IMG/VR virus record: IMGVR_UViG_3300042567_001401
Location: 1-59,636 of that record
Source: a virus
Taxonomy: Duplodnaviria; Caudoviricetes
DNA: 59,636 bases
Direction: 5' to 3' (one strand)
Position 1 is the first letter of the stretch. Each line of letters opens with the position of its first letter. Made by a program: the position numbers and the translations under genes. Under the pieces are notes generated by a model. It had not been told where the DNA came from and did no database searches. It saw only the letters and a program-made list of their open reading frames with translations. Positions 54,367 through 59,636 of the stretch are shown piece by piece.

Positions 54367-54694
54367 TTATCTATATTTAGGTCCAACACCTGGTGATGAA
54401 GATTGTGCACAAATTGGTGATGATAATTTTCGTGAACAATGTAATAAAGAAATGGAAGCTTACATTGATCAATTAAATAGAATGTATCCAGAAGTATCAA
54501 GGTATAAAGAAATGCGATTTAAAAAGCATTGGCAACAACATGACTTTGGTTCTTATGGAGAAGTAGTTATTACTTATAATGATGAAGATGAAGAGCAATC
54601 AACTTTAGCATTAAAAGTAGAATGGAATCTTCCAAGAAATTGGGATGAAATAGCAAAAGAAGAAATATCGGAAAAAGTGAACAAAGGAAACTGA
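54359..54694 (+). CDS. conserved phage hypothetical protein
   Basis: LGPTP.DEDCAQIG...HDFGSY.EVV...P..WD motif set; GGAG RBS before ATG 54359. Confidence 0.7.
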   Translation: MIDYLYLGPTPGDEDCAQIGDDNFREQCNKEMEAYIDQLNRMYPEVSRYKEMRFKKHWQQHDFGSYGEVVITYNDEDEEQSTLALKVEWNLPRNWDEIAKEEISEKVNKGN

Positions 54695-54695
54695 G

Positions 54696-55166
54696 ATGAA
54701 AACATTAACAGAAGAGCAATTCAAAAGTGCAGTAGAAGTAATTTCAAAACAAGTACCAGTTGATTACAATTCAAGCAAAGCATTGATGTATGGTGTTGTC
54801 TTTGATAAAAACGATAAAATCATATTTAATAAGATTTCTGAACATGGAGATGTTTATGAAATGCTTAATCCATTCAATGTTGTTTGGAAAATGAAAGGTT
54901 ATGATTTCTTTACAATTGTAACTTGTGGTTGGGCTGCACCTATTAAAGATGATGAAAATGAAGATGAACAAGTAGCACCTTCTCAACATCCAGAGAAAAG
55001 AAGAGTCATGCTTACAGTAAATGCAACTACTGATAGTAAAATTGGAAGTATTATTACATTCCAAGACGATCCAGAAAATCAAGTTTTTGATTATGGTAAT
55101 GCTAGAGGTTCACTTGCAGAAGCAGTTTTAGAACTAATTAGCTGCTATAACGAAGACCAGGAATAA
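54696..55166 (+). CDS. hypothetical protein
   Basis: GWAAP...APSQHPEKRRV..., ARGSLAEA; followed by a terminator. Confidence 0.7.
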   Translation: MKTLTEEQFKSAVEVISKQVPVDYNSSKALMYGVVFDKNDKIIFNKISEHGDVYEMLNPFNVVWKMKGYDFFTIVTCGWAAPIKDDENEDEQVAPSQHPEKRRVMLTVNATTDSKIGSIITFQDDPENQVFDYGNARGSLAEAVLELISCYNEDQE

Positions 55167-55178
55167 TAAAAAATAAAT

Positions 55179-55212
55179 GTGGGGCTACTGAGAAATCAGT
55201 AGCCCCATTTTT
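55179..55212 (+). terminator. intrinsic terminator
   Basis: tggggctactga-GAAA-tcagtagcccca followed by ttttt. Confidence 0.88.
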
Positions 55213-55234
55213 GTATACCTAAATAGGAGAACGC

Positions 55235-55918
55235 ATGTCATATGTTGAAAATATAGAAGAATTTGCTAAACAAGCTACAACTAAACCAGAAGAATTTGGT
55301 TATTGGGGTAGCAAAGATATGTTTGATACTTGGGGCTTTACTAATATTGATCAGAATAGAGACTCTGATGTATTAGAAAAAGCAAACTTTAAGTATATTA
55401 CTGAAGAATTGATGGGCATTTTTCCTGAAGATTTCAGAATTGAAAGTTATGCACATTGGGCTGTTGGTAATGTTGATAGATTAGTTTGTCGTGTTTATGA
55501 AGAAGATACAGATAAAAAAGTTATCGCATCTTCATTCTATTTAGCAATGGAATGGTTAGACAAATTGGATGACTATCCAGTTGCTGATGAAGAAACATAC
55601 GACAAAATGATTGATGATGACAATATTGACAGTATTGAATTTTGGAATTACATCAGTCCTGGCTATGTAGATATTGTCAATAATCCAGACTGGGCTTCTG
55701 AAGTTTATCATGAGCTAAATATAAATATGGATATTGATGTTAGATCAGGGTTTAAAGATAATGATGTCATGATGGCAATCTATAATTTGCAATATTGGAG
55801 TGCAGAAAATTATCAGAAATGGTTTGATTTCTGCGATGAAGTTAGTTTAGAAAGACCAAAGTTTTCAGTAAATGAAATATCAAAATATAATCCGAATCAA
55901 CTAGAAATGGAGTTTTAA
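55235..55918 (+). CDS. acidic hypothetical protein
   Basis: GGAG RBS; RDSDVLEKANF, HWAVG, LDDYPVADEE. Confidence 0.7.
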   Translation: MSYVENIEEFAKQATTKPEEFGYWGSKDMFDTWGFTNIDQNRDSDVLEKANFKYITEELMGIFPEDFRIESYAHWAVGNVDRLVCRVYEEDTDKKVIASSFYLAMEWLDKLDDYPVADEETYDKMIDDDNIDSIEFWNYISPGYVDIVNNPDWASEVYHELNINMDIDVRSGFKDNDVMMAIYNLQYWSAENYQKWFDFCDEVSLERPKFSVNEISKYNPNQLEMEF

Positions 55919-55919
55919 A

Positions 55920-56525
55920 ATGCCAAATCATTGCAGTAACAGGTTAGGAATAACTGGTCCAATTGAAGATATAGAGAAATTCATTGCCCTTGTGAAAAAC
56001 AATGGTGATGATAAAGATGAAAATGAATACAATCTATTTGAGTCTTTAATCCCAATGCCAAAAGAATTAGAAGGAACTACATCACCTTCAAAAGAAAGTA
56101 ATGTAGATTTGATTGATAAATATGGTCATGATAACTGGTACGATTGGTGCAATAGTAAATGGGGAACTAAATGGGGTGATTACAGTATGAATGCTGAAAG
56201 CATTTCCTATGAAACAAAAATTAATTATCCACATCTAGAAGATGGTGATGTTGATTTTGAAAATGGTGTTTCTGTATTAACAGGTAATGCAAGTATTCAT
56301 TTTGAATATGATACAGCATGGGCTCCTGGTTGTGATGAATTAGCAGAAGCTATTGTTAAACAATTTCCTACACTAAATGGTTATATTCATTATGAAGAAC
56401 CAGGAATGTGTTTTGCTGGGCAATTGATATTTGCTAATGGTGAAATTAGACAACATGATCAATGGGAACATCATTATGTTCCAGAAGAAGTAACAGATAT
56501 TGATTTTGACCTATACGCAAACTAA
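55920..56525 (+). CDS. DUF1281/YubB ferredoxin-like family protein
   Basis: MPNHCSN, WYDWCNSKWGTKW, YDTAWAP, YEEPGMCFAG. Confidence 0.8.
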   Translation: MPNHCSNRLGITGPIEDIEKFIALVKNNGDDKDENEYNLFESLIPMPKELEGTTSPSKESNVDLIDKYGHDNWYDWCNSKWGTKWGDYSMNAESISYETKINYPHLEDGDVDFENGVSVLTGNASIHFEYDTAWAPGCDELAEAIVKQFPTLNGYIHYEEPGMCFAGQLIFANGEIRQHDQWEHHYVPEEVTDIDFDLYAN

Positions 56526-56533
56526 GGAGACAG

Positions 56534-56911
56534 ATGTTTAATTTTGATGATATTAACAATCCAAGAAACTTGGATAACAAAGTGCCAGAAGGTATGACAG
56601 ATGAGACTGAATTTGCAATTATAATGCAATCAATTTTAAACATACTTAGAAATGCAGAATATGAAGAAAGTGTAGGTAGGGAGCGATTATCAATGCAAGT
56701 ATTAAATATTGCTTGTGATGAATATGGTGAACTAGAAGACGATAGAGTTGTAAGTGTTATATTGTCATTACTACAACATATTGTTTACTTAATAAACTCT
56801 TTCAAAGAGCTTGAAGATATTGAAATTGATAGATACTTTGAATTTTTTCAAAATTCAGTAATAACACCTTTATTTAAAAATCCAAACATTCCATATTACA
56901 AGGAGGATTAA
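56534..56911 (+). CDS. acidic helical hypothetical protein
   Basis: AAGGAG RBS. Confidence 0.65.
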   Translation: MFNFDDINNPRNLDNKVPEGMTDETEFAIIMQSILNILRNAEYEESVGRERLSMQVLNIACDEYGELEDDRVVSVILSLLQHIVYLINSFKELEDIEIDRYFEFFQNSVITPLFKNPNIPYYKED

Positions 56912-57229
56912 TTGGGCTTTAGTAATGAATTTTGGAGAGAAGATGCTAATTGTAGAAAGCTAGGTCCAGGCATTTTCTTTTCTGAAAATGATGAAGGTTC
57001 TCTTTCTAGGAAGAATGATACGCATGCAAAGAAAGTTTGCAGCAATTGTGCTGTTAAAACAGATTGCCTATCTTATGCCTTAAATGAACAAATAAAATTT
57101 GGCATTTGGGGTGGCTTCACTGCTCGTGAAAGATCATCAATAATTAGAAAGCTTGCTCTTGATGATTACACAACTATTAGTAGTGAATTAGTAAATAAAT
57201 CATTACACATGATCAAATATAAAAATTAA
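56912..57229 (+). CDS. whiB: WhiB-family Fe-S transcription factor
   Basis: W...ANC...FF...AKKVCSNCAVKTDCLSYAL...FGIWGGFTARER. Confidence 0.92.
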   Translation: MGFSNEFWREDANCRKLGPGIFFSENDEGSLSRKNDTHAKKVCSNCAVKTDCLSYALNEQIKFGIWGGFTARERSSIIRKLALDDYTTISSELVNKSLHMIKYKN

Positions 57230-57234
57230 AAGCT

Positions 57235-57272
57235 TTGGGGCTAGGTTAGGCTGATCACTAATCTAGCCCCAA
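57235..57272. terminator. 15-bp stem-loop (terminator or RNA processing site)
   Basis: ttggggctaggttag-gctgatca-ctaatctagccccaa; no U-tract on the + strand. Confidence 0.6.
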
Positions 57273-57294
57273 TAAGAAAAGATTGGAGAAAGTT

Positions 57295-57672
57295 ATGAGC
57301 AATTATCCACCTGGAGTTACTGGCAATGAATATGAGATTGCTGGGGGCAATGAATTTGAAGAACATTTTGATTGCAGCGCAGATATAGAATATGTACTAA
57401 TTACAAGAAAAGAATTGTACAAGCTTAGTGACCATGCACTTTCTTTGTTTAATGAATTTAAAAGAAATGGCAGTATCAGTGAGTATTCAATTGAAACTCG
57501 TCTTAAGAAATTAATGAGTGAAATCAATGGCTTTTATCATTCAGATAAAATTACTGAATCACCTTGTGATTTTTCAGGTGAAATATTAAAAGAAGAATAT
57601 AGAGGGACAGTTTATTTTGAATGTCCTGAATGTGAAACAACATATGAAAAAGATAGATGGGATGGGTACTGA
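57295..57672 (+). CDS. hypothetical protein with a C-terminal zinc ribbon
   Basis: SNYPPGVTGNEYEIAG; C...C...CPEC; GGAG RBS. Confidence 0.65.
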   Translation: MSNYPPGVTGNEYEIAGGNEFEEHFDCSADIEYVLITRKELYKLSDHALSLFNEFKRNGSISEYSIETRLKKLMSEINGFYHSDKITESPCDFSGEILKEEYRGTVYFECPECETTYEKDRWDGY

Positions 57673-57674
57673 TT

Positions 57675-58163
57675 ATGTCTTATATGAAAAATGTATACTC
57701 AGATAATAGAGATATTGAATTTTATAAAAAAGAAAGGGTTCAATATAACTGGTCTAGTATTGACAGAGATAAAGATATTCACAATGGTCGTTTGGCTATT
57801 AATATTAAAATGCATCATCTGAATTTCAACCCTCTGAATTCAGATGAAACAAACGAAACTATTTATGAAGCAGTGCAATATTATTTCTTTGATAAAGCAA
57901 TGAATATTGCAGTTGCTTATGGTTATTCTGGTTTCTCTACAGATGGTAGAAGTAATGGTTGGCTAAAGCCATTTACAAGCCATGATATTGATAAGTTTGC
58001 ATATATAACACATGCAAATACATTTGAAGAGTATCTTGAAATAGAAAAGTTTTTGTCTTTTAAAGACAAAATTAAATGCTTGCTTGAATTTATCAGGCTG
58101 ACAATTCAATATCCAACAAAAGAAACATATAAAGATTATATTCACTATATAGAGGAGATGTAA
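57675..58163 (+). CDS. hypothetical protein
   Basis: AINIK..., DGRSNGWL motif. Confidence 0.65.
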   Translation: MSYMKNVYSDNRDIEFYKKERVQYNWSSIDRDKDIHNGRLAINIKMHHLNFNPLNSDETNETIYEAVQYYFFDKAMNIAVAYGYSGFSTDGRSNGWLKPFTSHDIDKFAYITHANTFEEYLEIEKFLSFKDKIKCLLEFIRLTIQYPTKETYKDYIHYIEEM

Positions 58164-58558
58164 TGTCAAATACAAAACAAAAAACATGTCAAGAGCGTAT
58201 TGAAGAAGAATATCGTAGAGCAGATGATTATCTTGAACTTATGTTTAGGGTATATGATGATGATCTTGATGAAGATGATGAAGAAGATAAAGAATTACTT
58301 AAGCAAGTTGAAGATGAAGAAATTGATAATCAATCAATTTTTGAATATGCAGCTGGCTCAAGTATGAAAAGGTTATTAACAATTGAATTAAGTGGTGGTG
58401 GTCCTTCTTCACATATTGAAGCAATTATTAATGAAGACAATGTTGTTGAATCAGCACAATATGTTTTCTTAGATTGGTTTGATGGTGCAAGAAGAAAGAT
58501 TAATGAAGATTCAGCAATGTTTAGATATGTTGAATGGGAAGCGGAAAGGTATTTCTAA
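58163..58558 (+). CDS. highly acidic hypothetical protein
   Basis: GAGGAG RBS; DDDLDEDDEED tract; LSGGGPS, FLDWFDGA. Confidence 0.7.
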   Translation: MSNTKQKTCQERIEEEYRRADDYLELMFRVYDDDLDEDDEEDKELLKQVEDEEIDNQSIFEYAAGSSMKRLLTIELSGGGPSSHIEAIINEDNVVESAQYVFLDWFDGARRKINEDSAMFRYVEWEAERYF

Positions 58559-59187
58559 TGGAATATTTAGAGAGAACAGAAGTAGCAGGAAATTATATAA
58601 ACACACCGATTGGAGAAAATAAAATGGAAGCACCAAAAGTAAAAGATGTCGTAGCAACAATGACATTCCCATCAGAACAGTTAATTGAAATGTTTAAAGA
58701 CTATACAATGACTGATGATCAGGTTGAACAAATCATTCAGAATTACGATTTTGAAGATGTGATTGAATCAGGTCTTAGCAATCATGACTGGAACGATGAA
58801 GTTGAAGGTGTTCTTAATTCTATTGATTTAGAAGATTATTTGGATATGGATACAATTGCAAGCAATCTTGATTATAAAGACATTGCTCGTGAAGTAGGTA
58901 ATTATTTAGATGAACCTGATGCTATAGCATTAGCTGACGAATTGCTTACATCTTTTAATTATGATAGCCCTTGCCATACTGGTAGTCTATATATCAAATC
59001 AGTAGAAGCGATTATTGAAGGTTATATGAAGAAGCAAACAGAGGGTATTATCCAACCAACTGTTATTGAAGAAGATAAAACAGTGCTTCGTTCATTTTCT
59101 ATTCTAGAAATTAGCGAAGTTCTTGATGCTCTTCAGTATACTGAATACAATAAAGCCCGTATCCTTACATCACTATCATTGAAATAG
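58558..59187 (+). CDS. highly acidic hypothetical protein (start 58558 or 58624)
   Basis: Repeated D-[FWLMY]-x-D/E-x-I/V helical units; GGAG before 58624. Confidence 0.65.
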   Translation: MEYLERTEVAGNYINTPIGENKMEAPKVKDVVATMTFPSEQLIEMFKDYTMTDDQVEQIIQNYDFEDVIESGLSNHDWNDEVEGVLNSIDLEDYLDMDTIASNLDYKDIAREVGNYLDEPDAIALADELLTSFNYDSPCHTGSLYIKSVEAIIEGYMKKQTEGIIQPTVIEEDKTVLRSFSILEISEVLDALQYTEYNKARILTSLSLK

Positions 59188-59199
59188 AGAGGTTTATAA

Positions 59200-59636
59200 A
59201 TGTCCTATATCAAAATAACAAATTACACCGATTCAGTTAATAGGCTAAGCTTGGAAAAGCTTGGTCTATCAACTAAAAGAGATAACCCAGAAACAATTGG
59301 TCAGTTCGGTTCAGGCATTAAATATGCACCAATTGCAGCTTTAAGAATGGGTTTGGAATGGGTCTTTACTGGTAATGACAGTGAAGGTGATTACATTCTA
59401 AAATACAAATCAATTGATGAGAATGGCATCAATTCAATCTATTACGATTATTGCAATGGATTTGTAAAGCCATCTTCATTCACATTGGAAGCTGGAATTA
59501 TGAGCTGGGAAGATGAATTCCAAATATATCGTGAGGCTGTTTCTAATGCTAAAGATAGCGGGGAATGGAAGCGAGAAATTGTTGAATCAATTGATAAAGC
59601 TATACCTGGTGAATTCAGTGTTTATATCACTGCATC
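59200..59636 (+). CDS. GHKL (HATPase_c/MORC-like) ATPase, partial (runs off the window end)
   Basis: GAGAGG RBS; LGLSTKRDNPETIGQFGSGIKYA (G-box) and YREAVSNAKDS (N-box); not in the track because it has no stop in the window. Confidence 0.75.
   Translation, partial: MSYIKITNYTDSVNRLSLEKLGLSTKRDNPETIGQFGSGIKYAPIAALRMGLEWVFTGNDSEGDYILKYKSIDENGINSIYYDYCNGFVKPSSFTLEAGIMSWEDEFQIYREAVSNAKDSGEWKREIVESIDKAIPGEFSVYITA

Noticed and set aside
191-57527. Numerous minus-strand ORFs in the track, especially opposite the TMP (e.g. 13766..14521, 18332..19420)
   Set aside because: They are antisense shadows of long + strand genes with biased codon use, with no RBS or recognisable motifs. All coherent genes are on the + strand.
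1-59636. Stop-codon reassignment
   Set aside because: Known genes are full length under the standard code, and TAA, TAG and TGA are all used as true stops.
1-59636. Prophage or integration module
   Set aside because: No integrase, repressor/cro pair, att-like site or flanking host housekeeping genes in the window.

Overview
This is a ~60 kb fragment of a large, AT-rich, tailed dsDNA phage genome with siphovirus-type tail genes. All credible genes are on the + strand. The host is most likely an actinobacterium: there are two WhiB genes, GAAAGG/GGAG ribosome-binding sites and several leaderless-type promoters. Gene order: lysis cassette (three small membrane proteins and an M15-type endolysin); fibre/appendage genes; head-tail joining genes; major tail protein; tail assembly chaperone with a probable non-canonical frameshift; a 4409-aa tape measure protein; distal tail, hub and fibre genes; a GNAT / Cys-protein / 2OG-Fe(II) oxygenase cassette; an HNH nuclease; a replication and recombination module (phosphoesterase, DnaB, primase, SSB, HAD nucleotidase, DnaE, RecA, Hjc-like, Cas4-like, RuvC) interleaved with four glycosyltransferases, a cytidylyltransferase and a YkgJ-type Cys-cluster protein; displaced terminase genes; a structured non-coding switch region (~51.1-51.6 kb); and a very AT-rich array of small, acidic, early-type genes ending in a partial, apparently circularly permuted GHKL ATPase. 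The strongest leads are (1) a possible virion-modification system, comprising a GT4 with a YqbF-like head-module domain and a modifier cassette beside a Cys/Pro-rich fibre tip that has a second Cys-rich tail hidden behind its stop codon, (2) a ~1300-aa histone-like insert in the tape measure, and (3) apparent avoidance of several 4-bp palindromes. All family calls come from motif recognition by eye; no database searches were run.
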